Below, piece after piece: positions 1-12,872 of a stretch of DNA of 64,000 bases. The notes beneath the pieces are model-generated. The model was not told where the DNA came from, ran no database searches, and saw only the letters and a list, made by a program, of their open reading frames with translations. Each line of letters opens with the position of its first letter. Position 1 is the first letter of the stretch. The stretch is from Eukaryota sp. GEM-RC1. Lineage: Eukaryota. Location: the NCBI GenBank assembly GCA_040285855.1, contig JAUFOQ010000001.1, positions 3,410,001 through 3,474,000 of the forward strand. Reading direction: 5' to 3'. The translations under genes and the position numbers were made by a program.

Positions 1-7
1 TGCTGTA

Positions 8-1675
8 GTGACAATTGAGTTACTGAATTCTGAAACAAAATGTTCTTCCAAATTACATTTAGTGGATCTTGCTGGAAGCGAAAGCTTCAAAAATTCAAAT
101 TCTAGTCGTAATTCGGCCCAAGAGACAGTCAAAATCAATCAAAGTCTTTTGGCCTTTCACAATGTTGTAGATCAACTGGAAGGTAATTCAAAATCTAAGC
201 TGAACCATATCTCTTTCAGAGATTCTAAGTTAACTCTACTACTAAAAAGTTCTTTGTTGAACTCAAAAACAGCAGTCATAGTTACAGTCTCAGCGAATCA
301 CCTCAAGAACATCGAACAGTCTTTGTCTTTTGCATCAAGAGTTGCTCGTTTGGAGACGGTTGTTACTAGCAATAGCAACATTGATCTCAAAGATGATGAA
401 ATACGAAAATTGAGGCGATTGTTGACGGAAGCCAAAATTCAATCATCAAATTTTAACAGAGATTCTACTAATGTCCCACCAATTAAGTGTCCAAGACTCA
501 GTGATGATGATCTTGATTTAGATGATTCTGATGATGATGCCGTGGAAAGTGACACTGAGAATGTTTTGGCCAATGAAAACCTGCAATTAAAAAGTACAGT
601 GCGCATTTTAAATTCCAAAATTGAGATGCTGGAATCCGAAGTCAATAGACTTAATCAAATTATTGACCTACAGCAAGTACGATCCCCAAATAAACGTGAA
701 CGAGTGAACAAAAGAAGCGATAAATTTGTCGTTCAACCCATTACTGACTCTGTTGTCCCTCACTATGAGTTCTCTGGTGAGCCTTTGGTAATGACCAATC
801 ACAACAGATTGATTTCTGTATTTGATGATGATGATAAGGACGAGTTTTTTATTTCATCAGCATCTAATTCTAATTTAAAGTTTTTTTATCAGGATGGAAG
901 GCCGTGGGGTTGGAATCATCATTCCCCAATTCGTGGAGTAAATGCAGATTATTTTATTTCTGACAAGTGCCTTTTAGTTTTCAAGCCAGATCCTAAAACA
1001 TTTATACACGAAGTTGAAGTCTTGGCTGAAAATGAAGCTTATCTTGAGTCACTTCATGGACTTGATGGAATTGTACGTTTGTTTTTGAAGGAAACCAAAA
1101 CCTTTAAAATTATTTATGATGGTCACTTTGTCGTAAAGTGTACTGGAGATGCCAAAGTCGGGTTCTTTTTCTTAACTCAAGACGGAAGAATCATTAACGT
1201 TGATGGTCAAGAAGTGTTTCCAGAATTTGAGGAAATAGTTGTTGATGTGTACTTCAGTACTACCTGTTTTGTTATTTTGACCAACAAATTGTATGTCTAT
1301 GCTGCTGGTCACAGTAATTACGGAGAATTAGGTTTGGGAGGAATTTCTCATTCTCCAACTCCTACTAGGGTTAGACTCCCAGCCATCAAATCCATTCATT
1401 CTAGTGGATGTTATTCTTTTGCTTTGGCTGTTGACGGTTCCTTGTTTGCATGGGGACACAATGATGAAGGTCAGTTTGGGTTAGGAAATGAGAGAAAAGG
1501 TGTATTTGTGGAACCAGTAAGAATTCCACATTCTTTTGGCGGGAATTCTTCTAGAAGAAGAAAGACTGTTGTTGATTTCTTTTGCGAAAGAGCCACATCA
1601 GCTCTGCTTATGAGTGATGGCAGTGAGTACTGCTCAGGAAGGTTCTTTGACTTTCCTTTTTCAAGGAAATTATAA
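8..1675 (+). CDS. Kinesin motor domain (C-terminal half, 5' end outside window) + coiled coil + C-terminal RCC1 repeats
   Basis: Kinesin motifs KLHLVDLAGSE, INQSL, HISFRDSKLTLLL and KTAVIVTVS; coiled-coil segments; RCC1 repeats (VYAAGHSNYGELGLG, SFALAVDGSLFAWGHNDEGQFGLG). Frame is open to the window edge; ends TAA at 1673-1675. Confidence 0.9.
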   Translation: MTIELLNSETKCSSKLHLVDLAGSESFKNSNSSRNSAQETVKINQSLLAFHNVVDQLEGNSKSKLNHISFRDSKLTLLLKSSLLNSKTAVIVTVSANHLKNIEQSLSFASRVARLETVVTSNSNIDLKDDEIRKLRRLLTEAKIQSSNFNRDSTNVPPIKCPRLSDDDLDLDDSDDDAVESDTENVLANENLQLKSTVRILNSKIEMLESEVNRLNQIIDLQQVRSPNKRERVNKRSDKFVVQPITDSVVPHYEFSGEPLVMTNHNRLISVFDDDDKDEFFISSASNSNLKFFYQDGRPWGWNHHSPIRGVNADYFISDKCLLVFKPDPKTFIHEVEVLAENEAYLESLHGLDGIVRLFLKETKTFKIIYDGHFVVKCTGDAKVGFFFLTQDGRIINVDGQEVFPEFEEIVVDVYFSTTCFVILTNKLYVYAAGHSNYGELGLGGISHSPTPTRVRLPAIKSIHSSGCYSFALAVDGSLFAWGHNDEGQFGLGNERKGVFVEPVRIPHSFGGNSSRRRKTVVDFFCERATSALLMSDGSEYCSGRFFDFPFSRKL

Positions 1676-1979
1676 GAACTGAGAAATAAACTTATTGTTG
1701 TGCTTTTTATCGAATAAATTTTCTTCCCAAACCTTCAAATCTTAATTTTGCCTTTATACGGACTTTCAAAGGCACTTCATAAGCAAGTAAACTGATCTTG
1801 ATAATTTATTTGATCACCAAATTCAAATTTGACTAAACTTGTATTCTCTCCAAACTTCTAAAGACGAATTCGGAACTGAATTGTTTGGTGTATACTAAAT
1901 TAACGAAACACAAGCCACAAAAATTTAAAATACAGTCTTTTATGACAGCCAGAAGTTTCAATTAATTTTCCTCTGTAAC

Positions 1980-2154
1980 CGTCATCTGACAAGTTGAGAG
2001 TAAACAGATTATGAAAAAATTCAGAGAACTGAACGATGACGACAGAATGGCATGGGATTTGAAGATCGTTAAAGCTAGCGACGAAATCATGCTTCAGTTC
2101 AGTTTGGAAGAGGTTGTTGCATAGAGAAGCAGGGGAGATTTGGGTAGAAGTCAT
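1980..2154 (-). pseudogene. 5' fragment of the BTB/POZ gene family (third array copy, truncated)
   Basis: MTSTQISPASLCNNLFQT...CHSVVIVQFSEFFHNLFTLNLSDD is nearly identical to the starts at 8347 and 12872; homology stops at about 1980. Confidence 0.8.
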
Positions 2155-2222
2155 TGATAATAGCAGGGGAAGGAAATGAAATAATGAAACTTCTCTTTTC
2201 TACTACATGTAGAAGAAGAACA

Positions 2223-2729
2223 TACTACACTCTTCACAACAATTAGTCTGAATTCATAATTAGTCTGATTCACTTATTAGTCTGAATCAGACTAATTATT
2301 GTTTGATCTCTTTAGGAATGTCCAAACAATTTCAGTAATATGGTATTAAACCGACCATTTCTTTCATTTTTCTTCTAAACAATGTTTGAATTTACGTATA
2401 AAAACCTTGTCCCACACTGTTCACACTTGCTTGAAGGACAATGTGGTCACTAATCAATTTTTGAGAGACAATCTGATAGCAGACCAGTCCTGTTTCTGAA
2501 TTTCTTCGGTCGAAAACAACATGTGACGGTACCAACAACGATCGTGGTGTTCAATGCAACATTGTTGCAGACATAACAACAATTTATGGTCAAGGAATTC
2601 CTTTTGTTTGAGATATTTGTTCAGACTAAATATGAATATTCATATAGTCTACTACACTCTTCACAACAATCAGTCTGAATCAGTAATTAGTCTGAATCAT
2701 AGTAATTGTTGTGAAGAGTGTAGTAGACT
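2223..2729. mobile_element. Non-autonomous TIR element(s), TA-flanked, with a nested 84-bp hairpin copy
   Basis: TACTACACTCTTCACAACAAT at 2223 and 2650; reverse complement at 2705-2725. Perfect 25-bp inverted repeat 2646-2670 / 2705-2729. Repeated subterminal TTAGTCTGAAT motifs. Confidence 0.6.
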
Positions 2730-2819
2730 TACACAGCTGATTTTGAATAAGAACAAAACAATGAACAGGTTTTACCTTCTTTTTTCACATTCAGGTTTCA
2801 TAACCACATCACTACAAGC

Positions 2820-3727
2820 CAGGGCTTTTCATAAATATATTTATCTCAACATAATGCAATAAATAATGTATCAATAATTTATTGATCGTCCAAAATCAAT
2901 ACCAATATATTTCAATATATTGAAATATATTGACACTACTTGTTTTGTGATCGCATATCCCGTATCAGTAGAATTACTCTCAATTGAGCAACAACTCTCA
3001 AGACATGTCCTGTTGATATCAACAAAATGCAAACTGAACTGATACTTGACATTGTATAAACGCATAATATTGTTCTCAATTTGTTTTAATATGTGAACCG
3101 CAGAACCAAAACAATCAGGATGCTGGAAAGAACAGAAAGTTCGATGAAGGTGTAAAAAAGTTAGAAGAAGAACGAAACAGAGTGGCTCAAAGTGTGAAAA
3201 CTTAGATTGGATTCCAGTAACCTCAAATCAGGCATAAAGGTTCTTTTTATGGCTCAACTCGCTATTGGATACACTAGACACAGTTGTTCAAAAATACATT
3301 TGAATGTGGAGTTAATGCTTCGATCTAACAACAATTTATGGCATGCAGATTCTATCAGGGACCTAAAAATGCCTTTAATTTACTCTTACAAATATAAACT
3401 ATCATCAATATTAACAAATGAGATACAAACACCTCTAAAAGGACCTTGGTCGATTGAAATACTTAATACTCGAGGAAGAAGAAAACCAAGAAGTTGTACA
3501 TATAGACTATTGTATCAGTATTTTGTTAATTATTAAAGTTGTTATACAGTGTTTCAATGCAGAACATATATATTTATGAATTCGGGAGAATGCCACAGTG
3601 AATTACACTGATAATTAGCATCGCCATCTCAAATCAATATATTGCAATATATTGATCAATATCAATAATTTATTGAAGGTCGAAAATCAATACCAATATA
3701 TTGCAATACCAATAATGTAAAGCCCTG
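2820..3727. mobile_element. hAT-type MITE (908 bp)
   Basis: TIR CAGGGCTTTTCAT / ATGTAAAGCCCTG (12/13 match); perfect 8-bp TSD CTACAAGC at 2812-2819 and 3728-3735; CAATATATT-rich subterminal repeats at both ends. Confidence 0.9.
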
Positions 3728-4843
3728 CTACAAGCATACTGTGATGTTGAGTTTCAAACGGTCCAGAAACACCCAAGATACACTTCAAAAACGATTCAAG
3801 AACAGGTTTCACACAATCAGGTTCAATGGAAAGTGTTAAATCTATATGGATACATCTGTACAAAAAAGAGTAATGACACAGTGCTGAGCCAGAATTATTA
3901 TTAGGATTTCCATATGCCTATAACATAACATTAAAACACTGCACGAAACATTGATTTAATGATGTTTAAGTGGATCAATTTAGTACTATATTGTGTGTAA
4001 ATTCGCTGTGCGATTCTTCGTGTCTTTTTATCGTATGTTTTAATAGCACCAAATCCTCACCAGTTCCTCAATCAGTAGATTCTTTGTTCAGTTGTACATT
4101 GGACTGATCTTTGGTCAACGTGTTCTATTAGAGAACGTTGGAGTCGAAAATCAGACCGATATACAATTATGATCAGTGTTGTATAATAAAAATTGCAAGT
4201 TAAATCGCCGTTGGTGAATAATGCTGGACTGATACAAAACACATCTGATATTACTACTCAAATTTGTAGGATTCTAAGATGACAAGATATATTTGAATGA
4301 GCAAACAATAACCCACACACTTTAATCTGTTACTGACACAGTAACTCGAAAAACTATCCTGCTGACAGATCCAAATAGTTTCCAGTTAATCAAGGATTCT
4401 GTTTGGTTCTATTGTTACAGGTTAAGGTTCAGTAAGGTACACATAGTTTAGGTTCAATTTGCTGAACCTGGACAGTCACAATACTTAACAATCTGTGGGA
4501 AAATTATGGCTTTAACAATGTATATTTCTAGGTAACAAGTTGATTAAAGATCCATAACCAACTCAAAAATTGAAACATAGACACATCATGAAGCACAATA
4601 TACGAAAAATAGACACAAATTTGAATTTTATAAATATTCGACATCCAAAAACTACAAAATATACTACAATGAATACAGAATATAAAGAACTTTCAACAAA
4701 TAGATCGACACCATTACTAAACAAAAACAAAACTAATCCCAGTTCAATCATCAATCATTTCTAACATCAATCAACTAATAGAGATCACTACTCGTCACCC
4801 AAAGTCAATGCCTCAGATTGAATATCAACCCATTCCTCCCTCT

Positions 4844-6709
4844 TCATGTTTCCAAATACTGACTATCATCAACTGGAACATGAAGCTCCTTACTTTTGTA
4901 TAACAGAGAAGGTGATCCTTTTGACTTGGAATCAAAAGACAAATTAGTTAGAATAAAAGCTACTGAAGGTTCAACTAGATTTCTTACATCAGGACATGCT
5001 AATAATGACTTGCACAAGAGCTCAATCATTTCTTCAAGGTCAGAACCTCGACATACCAATGATTGTCTCAAGATTTCTCTTGACCAAGCCAAATGAGCAT
5101 TACAAGAACCAGAATGGTCTAAACGAGGTTCGATTTGATCTTGAGTGGTAATCATTACAATCAAAGGAGCAACTGCCGTTTTGATCTGGGGATGAGCTAT
5201 TGACAGAATAGGTTCAATAAAAGAAGCGGACACTTTAAGGTGTTGGAGAGCAGAGTCTATACAAATTTGAAGATAATTTAAAATTGTCTCTTCAAGTTTA
5301 GATAAAAACAGAGTAGCAAAATGACGAGAAGACTTGCATCCTAGCGCGTCTAAAGCATCGGAAACTGCATCAACTTCATCAGGATCAATGTCAATCAATT
5401 CTGATTCAGCATTTTCTGATTGATGATTATCTAATTGATGTGGTGATTGAGCTTCATGTTGTACATGTTCCTCTTCAACGTCATCAATGACGTGAGATTC
5501 CAGTTCATTATCGTCATCTTCTTGGTACAGAAACTCATCAGAATCATAGGAATCGTCATCTTTATCTGATTCCTTTTGATTCTCAAGCATTTTGAGATCA
5601 TTTTGAGATTGTTGGAGTTGTTTGACTCTGTCAGCAAAGGAAAGTGTCTGTGACGTAAGCAGTGGTGATTTTTGATCCTCAGGTTGATTTGATTGAACCG
5701 GAGAATGAGAGCTTTGTACTGGTGAATGATTGGAATACGTTGGTGATTGAACCAAAGGGGAAAGTGAACGTGATTGCGGAGATCTAGACGGAGACGTTTC
5801 CTGAACTGACAAATTCTCTAAAATGATACAGTTAAAAACTGACACCGCCACACTTGCCTGTTTCTGACCTGCCTTTTTAACCCGGTCAACAACCTGACTC
5901 ACAGTGCCACGTTCCTTAAACACGTGTTTTACAGCCTTGACAGCAGAAACAAGAGGAATTCTTCCACCAAGACGTACTTTACCACACACATTCCTAGCAG
6001 AAAGTATCATCAACAGAGCATCTACTGAGTAAAACTGTTCAAAGAAGTTACCAAACAACTCAATATCAGCCTCATTGACCCTATACCTATCCAGGTTAAT
6101 CATGAACTCAATACAGTTTTCCAAGACAAGTTTATCAATGCCCAGTGTACGCCGTATGTAGTCAACACTGAAGGAAGGGATGTCTGAAGGAGGGGTTAGG
6201 ATGGAGGAATCTTGGAGATCAAGGGAAGCTTTTTGCTGGTAACGAAGGTGAGCACTCCAGAAAGAGTCGTAAACGCCGTCTATGGTCTTGAGAAGCCACG
6301 TGGCAGCACGTTTACGAGTCTTGGATATAAGAGATGCACAGTGGGCTGTGGGATCGGGGTGGTCTGATAGAGAGAGAAGAGTGGAGCAGAAGGTAGGGTA
6401 TTTGGAGTAGAAATTGTCCCAGGCTTTGAAGGCGGCAGCGTCTGGTCTGCGATGTGGTGGGACTAGAGGAGTGTTGGAGTGGACAGTATTATCATCCAGA
6501 CAATCAAACACGTTCCACTTTCCATTCATGATTCGGACCTCGGACATGTAGTCCAAAAACCAAATTACTAGGAATATCAGTAGTAAAAGTAGTTGTACAA
6601 GTAGAAGGTTTGAAGTGGGCTTTACCATTAGAAAAACTAACAGTAATTGATCCTGCTTTGGGGATTCCAGAGAAAGAAGCTGAGGGGGAGAAAGATCCTC
6701 TGGTACCAC
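4844..6709 (-). CDS. 5'-truncated duplicate of uncharacterised gene X with a new N-terminus overlapping the BTB gene 3' end
   Basis: Matches 13797..15794 from SNTPLVPP onward (junction ~6476). An extra C near 4851 ends the ORF early; the paralog-equivalent stop is at 4788. Confidence 0.6.
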   Translation of the reverse strand: MVPEDLSPPQLLSLESPKQDQLLLVFLMVKPTSNLLLVQLLLLLIFLVIWFLDYMSEVRIMNGKWNVFDCLDDNTVHSNTPLVPPHRRPDAAAFKAWDNFYSKYPTFCSTLLSLSDHPDPTAHCASLISKTRKRAATWLLKTIDGVYDSFWSAHLRYQQKASLDLQDSSILTPPSDIPSFSVDYIRRTLGIDKLVLENCIEFMINLDRYRVNEADIELFGNFFEQFYSVDALLMILSARNVCGKVRLGGRIPLVSAVKAVKHVFKERGTVSQVVDRVKKAGQKQASVAVSVFNCIILENLSVQETSPSRSPQSRSLSPLVQSPTYSNHSPVQSSHSPVQSNQPEDQKSPLLTSQTLSFADRVKQLQQSQNDLKMLENQKESDKDDDSYDSDEFLYQEDDDNELESHVIDDVEEEHVQHEAQSPHQLDNHQSENAESELIDIDPDEVDAVSDALDALGCKSSRHFATLFLSKLEETILNYLQICIDSALQHLKVSASFIEPILSIAHPQIKTAVAPLIVMITTQDQIEPRLDHSGSCNAHLAWSREILRQSLVCRGSDLEEMIELLCKSLLACPDVRNLVEPSVAFILTNLSFDSKSKGSPSLLYKSKELHVPVDDSQYLET

Positions 6710-8347
6710 CCTGAGTTTCCATAGAAGGACTGGGATAATTCATATTCTGAAGACTACAGTTATATCTTTCCAACCAATAAAGTCAGTGTACGTATTCCCA
6801 AGATCATCTAACCTTGTAAATTTAACAGAACAATTGTCTGAAATATCAACTTCTACAAAACAATTAGTGTCACAACTAGCACCATTCTTTTTAACAACAG
6901 TATTGTTATTTGATAAGGAAAGGAAAGAACCACAATTATTACTGTTGAATACATTTTTACTCAGTTCAATTATTCTTCTTTCATTTTCCTCTGATTTGGC
7001 CTTGTTTAGAGCTTCAACTCTTTTTCTTTCATTCTCTTCGTCTTCTACCTTCTGTTTAAACGACTCAACTTGATTGCATAGAACCAGATTTTCAGCCTCT
7101 AATTCATTGTTTTTGGACATTAACAACACATTCTCATAATTTATATTTTCCAGTTCCTTCTTCAATTCTTCCTTTTGAAGTTCAAAACTTTCAACTAAAC
7201 TAGGAACAATGACCTTATTGGTAATTTTTGAGATAATTAAAACCAACTCGTCGTCATCTCCTAAAGGAGAAAGAATCAACGATTGTATTTCTGACCCAGT
7301 CAATAACGACAAATTAATTGACTCAAGACCATCTTTGACATCATTTGGTTGCCAAGAACTTCCTTTTCCAGATGACCAGGATTCAATCAGATTTTGGAGG
7401 CAAAATATTAAAAAGTTTCGACTACCGGACGATTTTCTAATCATATCAAGCAATACTTGTGGATTCAGAGAAAGAAGTTGTTGATGAGAGAAATCTTGAA
7501 ACTGTGAAATAAGTGGAATAATTTCAAATACTTCAGATGAATTTTCACGATTTAGTATGACCAACACTTTCAGAACCCAGTCCAATGGAATATTTGAAAT
7601 GTTGGAATTATTGGAAAAAAACTTCAACGAAAATTTGACAATTGAAGCCTCAAAATTTGAATTATCAATCACGGGTTGAATAAAATATTGAAATAATTCA
7701 TGGCCAGAAAGATTTTAAACTTTTAAAATATTTGAAAAGGAATGTAACTGTTCATCATCAATTTGTTGATTGTCAATAGATTTCAGTAAGCAATTCGATA
7801 TCCAAATAACTTGATTTTTAAATCCAAAATCTTCACCAAAAAGCAACAGAAAATCAAAACATAGAGGAAAACTGTCAGGTATTGTTTCGAAATCAGAATT
7901 GAAAAACGGCAACAAATGCTTTAAGAATTCTTGGTCTTGACATTGATTTGATTGTTTAACTAGAAAAAGTAAAGAATCAGTAGATTTAGAAAAGGTAGTT
8001 AACAACTCAAGACAAGTAGTCTTGAGATCTTCAACCATAAAGTATCGAGAAAGAACGTAGAACTCATAAAGATTCGCAAGAGTGATATTCACTGACTGAG
8101 CGTAGAGATATGAGAAGAAGGAGCGAAAAGAAGAGGCGGAGACATTGAGAGATGAGAAATCTTGGGTTTCCTGGTCGTCTGACATGTTTAGAGTAAACAG
8201 ATTATGGAAAAACTTAGAGAACTGAACGAGGACGACGCAATGGCATGGGATTTCAAGATCCTTGAAGCTAGAGATGAAATCATGTTTCAGTGAAGTTTGG
8301 AAGAGCTTGTTGCAGAGAGAAGCAGGGGAGATTTGGGTAGAAGTCAT
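6504..8347 (-). pseudogene. BTB/POZ + helical region + coiled coil + C-terminal beta-rich (SPRY-like) domain; disrupted
   Basis: BTB signature (IPCHCVVLVQFSKFFHNLF...SFRSFFSYLY...NLYEFYVLSRYFMVEDLKTTC). In-frame TAA at 7715-7717 (GAA in paralog) and a 2-nt insertion near 6755 split it into ORFs 7715..8458, 6740..7672 and 6504..6773. Confidence 0.82.
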
Positions 8348-9441
8348 TGATAATAGCAGGGGAAGGAAATGAAATATTGAAACTTCCTTTTTGTAAAAGA
8401 CCAAATACAACTGATTTTGAAAACGAGTTGAAAACCAGTTTGACACAATCAGGTACAATGAAAAGTGTTACATCTATAAGGATGCGTTTTTACCAAAAAG
8501 AGTAATGATACAGTGATGAGTTAGAACTATTATTACATTAAGCTTTTCATACGCGTAAAACCGCAAAGCAATACACAGAAGATTGATTTAATTGAATACT
8601 ACATGTAAGTTCTTTGTGCGATTCTTCTTGTCTGTTGATTGCATGTTTTGATAGCACCAAAGTTGTTCAATCAGTAGATTCTTTGTTCAGTTGTGCATCG
8701 GACTGATTTAATGGTCAACGTGTTCTATTTGAGAACGTTGGAGTCGAAAATCAGACCGATATACAATTATGATCAGTGTTGTATAATAAAAATTGCAAGT
8801 TAAATCGCCGTTGGTGAATAATGCTGGACTGATACAAAACACATCTGATATTACTACTCAAATTTGTAGGATTCTAAGATGACAAGATATATTTGAATGA
8901 GCAAACAATAACCCACACACTTTAATCTGTTACTGACACAGTAACTCGAAAAACTATCCTGCTGACAGATCCAAATAGTTTCAGTTAATCAAGGATTCTG
9001 TTTGGTTCTATTGTTACAGGTTAAGGTTCAGTAAGGTACACATAGTTTAGGTTCAATTTGCTGAACCTGGACAGTCACAATACTTAACAATCTGTGGGAA
9101 AATTATGGCTTTAACAATGTATATTTCTAGGTAACAAGTTGATTAAAGATCCATAACCAACTCAAAAATTGAAACATAGACACATCATGAAGCACAATAT
9201 ACGAAAAATAGACACAAATTTGAATTTTATAAATATTCGACATCCAAAAACTACAAAATATACTACAATGAATACAGGATATAAAGAACTTTCAACAAAT
9301 AGATCGACACCATTACTAAACAAAAACAAAACTAATCCCAGTTCAATCATCAATCATTTCTAACATCAATCAACTAATAGAGATCACTACTCGTCACCCA
9401 AAGTCAATGCCTCAGATTGAATATCAACCCATTCCTCCTCT

Positions 9442-11298
9442 TCATGTTTCCAAATACTGACTATCATCAACTGGAACATGAAGCTCCTTACTTTTGTATA
9501 ACAGAGAAGGTGATCCTTTTGACTTGGAATCAAAAGACAAATTAGTTAGAATAAAAGCTACTGAAGGTTCAACTAGATTTCTTACATCAGGACATGCTAA
9601 TAATGACTTGCACAAGAGCTCAATCATTTCTTCAAGGTCAGAACCTCGACATACCAATGATTGTCTCAAGATTTCTCTTGACCAAGCCAAATGAGCATTA
9701 CAAGAACCAGAATGGTCTAAACGAGGTTCGATTTGATCTTGAGTGGTAATCATTACAATCAAAGGAGCAACTGCCGTTTTGATCTGGGGATGAGCTATTG
9801 ACAGAATAGGTTCAATAAAAGAAGCGGACACTTTAAGGTGTTGGAGAGCAGAGTCTATACAAATTTGAAGATAATTTAAAATTGTCTCTTCAAGTTTAGA
9901 TAAAAACAGAGTAGCAAAATGACGAGAAGACTTGCATCCTAGCGCGTCTAAAGCATCGGAAACTGCATCAACTTCATCAGGATCAATGTCAATCAATTCT
10001 GATTTAGCATTTTCTGATTGATGATTATCTAATTGATGTGGTGATTGAGCTTCATGTTGTACATGTTCTCTTCAACGTCATCAATGACGTGAGATTCCAG
10101 TTCATTATCGCCATCTTCTTGGTACAGAAACTCATCAGAATCATAGGAATCGTCATCTTTATCTGATTCCTTTTGATTCTCAAGCATTTTGAGATTGTTG
10201 GAGTTGTTTGACTCTGTCAGCAAAGGAAAGTGTCTGTGACGTAAGCAGTGGTGATTTTTGATCCTCAGGTTGATTTGATTGAACCGGAGAATGAGAGCTT
10301 TGTACTGGTGAATGATTGGAATACGTTGGTGATTGAACCAAAGGGGAAAGTGAACGTGATTGCGGAGATCTAGACGGAGACGTTTCCTGAACTGACAAAT
10401 TCTCTAAAATGATACAGTTAAAAACTGACACCGCCACACTTGCCTGTTTCTGACCTGCCTTTTTAACCCGGTCAACAACCTGACTCACAGTGCCACGTCC
10501 CTTAAACACGTGTTTTACAGCCTTGACAGCAGAAACAAGAGGAATTCTTCCACCAAGACGTACTTTACCACACACATTCCTAGCAGAAAGTATCATCAAC
10601 AGAGCATCTACTGAGTAAAACTGTTCAAAGAAGTTACCAAACAACTCAATATCAGCCTCATTGACCCTATACCTATCCAGGTTAATCATGAACTCAATAC
10701 AGTTTTCCAAGACAAGTTTATCAATGCCCAGTGTACGCCGTATGTAGCCAACACTGAAGGAAGGGATGTCTGAAGGAGGGGTTAGGATGGAGGAATCTTG
10801 GAGATCAAGGGAAGCTTTTTGCTGGTAACGGAGGTGAGCACTCCAGAAAGAGTCGTAAACGCCGTCTATGGTCTTGAGAAGCCACGTGGCAGCACGTTTA
10901 CGAGTCTTGGATATAAGAGATGCGCAGTGGGCTGTGGGATCGGGGTGGTCTGATAGAGAGAGAAGAGTGGAGCAGAAGGTAGGATATTTGGAGTAGAAAT
11001 TGTCCCAGGCTTTGAAGGCGGCAGCGTCTGGTCTGCGATGTGGTGGGACTAGAGGAGTGTTGGAGTGGACAGTATTATCATCCAGACAATCAAACACGTT
11101 CCACTTTCCATTCATGATTCGGACCTCGGACATGTAGTCCAAAAACCAAATTACTAGGAATATCAGTAGTAAAAGTAGTTGTACAAGTAGAAGGTTTGAA
11201 GTGGGCTTTACCATTAGAAAAACTAACAGTAATTGATCCTGCTTTGGGGATTCCAGAGAAAGAAGTTGAGGGGGATAAAGATCCATCGCAATAACCAT
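9442..11298 (-). pseudogene. Second 5'-truncated duplicate of gene X, frameshifted
   Basis: Same junction as copy 1 (~11061); split into ORFs 10180..11298, 10029..10223 and 9442..9996 by a small deletion near 10190 and 1-nt indels. Confidence 0.75.
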
Positions 11299-12872
11299 TG
11301 GTGTAAATAGAAGGACTGGGATAATTCATATTCTGAAGACTAGTTCTATCTTTCCAACCAATAAAGTCAGTAGAATTATTCCCAAGATTATCTAACCTTG
11401 TAAATTTAACAGAAAAATTGTCTGAAAGATTAACCCTTACAAAACAATTACTGTTTGAATGATCACAATTCTTTTTAACAACAGTATTGTTATTTGATAG
11501 GGAAAGGAAAGAACCACAAGTAGTATGATCAAAAGTACCAATAAGAGCTTGAATTCTTCGTCTTTCATTCTCTTCTTCTTCTACCTTCTGTTTCCAAAGG
11601 GCGTAGAGACTCAACTTCATTCTTTAAAGTGAGGTTTTCCATTTCTAATTCCTCGTTTTTCAAAAGTAGTTGCTCTTTTTCATTTTTCCATTTTTCCTTT
11701 TGGAGTTCAAAACTATCAACTAAACTAGGAACAATGACCTTATTCGTAATTTTTGAAATAATTAAAACCAACTCGTCATCATCTCCTAAAGGAGAAAGAA
11801 TCAACGATTGTAATTCTGACCCAGTTAACAACGACAAATTAATTGACTCAAGACAATCTTTGACATCATTTGATTGCCAAGAACTTCCTTTTCCAGATGA
11901 CCAGGATTCAATGAGATTTTGCAGACAAAATATTGAACAGTTTCGATTATTTGAAGATTTCTTAATCATTTCAAGCAATACTTTTGGATTCAGAGAAAGA
12001 AGTTGTTGATGAGAGAAATCTTGAAACTGTGAAATAAGTGTAATAATTTTAAATACTTCAGATGAATTTTCACGATTGAGTATGACTAAAACTTTCAGCA
12101 CCCAGTTCAATGGAATATTTGAAATATTGAAGCTATTGGAAAAATACTTCAACGAAAACTTGACAATTGAAGCCTCAAAAATTGAATTATCAATGACGGG
12201 TTGAATAAGATATTGAAATAATTCATGACCAGTAAGATTTTCAACATTTAAAATATTTAAAAATGAATCAAACTGTTCATCATCAATTTGTTGATTGTCA
12301 ATAGAATTTAATAAACAATTCAATAACCAAATAACTTGATTTTTAAATTCAAATTCTTGACCAAAAAGCAACAGAAAATCAAAACATAGAGGAAAACTTT
12401 CAGGTAAGGTTTCGAAATCAGAATTGAAAAACGGCAACAAATGCTTTAAGAATTCTTGGTCTTGACATTGATTTGATTGTTTAACTAGAAAAAGTAAAGA
12501 ATCAGTAGATTTAGAAAAGGTAGTTAACAACTCAAGACAAGTAGTCTTGAGATCTTCAACCATAAAGTATCTAGAAAAAACTTAGAACTCATAAAGATTC
12601 GCAAGAGTGATATCTACTGGCTGAGCGTAGAGATATGAGAAGAAGGAGCGAAAAGAAGAGGCGGAGACATTGAGAGATGAGAAATCTTGGGTTTCCTGGT
12701 CGTCTGACAAGTTTAGAGTAAACAGATTATGGAAAAATTCAGAGAACTGAACGAGGACGACAGAATGGCATGAGATTTGAAGACCCTTGAAGCTAGAGAT
12801 GAAATCATGTTTCAGTGAAGTTTGGAAGAGGTTGTTGCAGAGAGAAGCAGGGGAGATTTGGGTAGAAGTCAT
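11090..12872 (-). pseudogene. BTB/POZ + coiled coil + SPRY-like gene, second copy; disrupted
   Basis: ATG (MTSTQISP) at 12872; in-frame TAA at 12582-12584 (TAC in paralog); +1 frameshift near 11594; C-terminus matches 6504..6773. Confidence 0.82.

Noticed and set aside
4563..9363. Conserved 63-64 aa ORFs at 4563/4570 and 9162/9169
   Set aside because: Conservation only reflects the recent tandem duplication of an AT-rich 3' flank; not maintained in the third copy.
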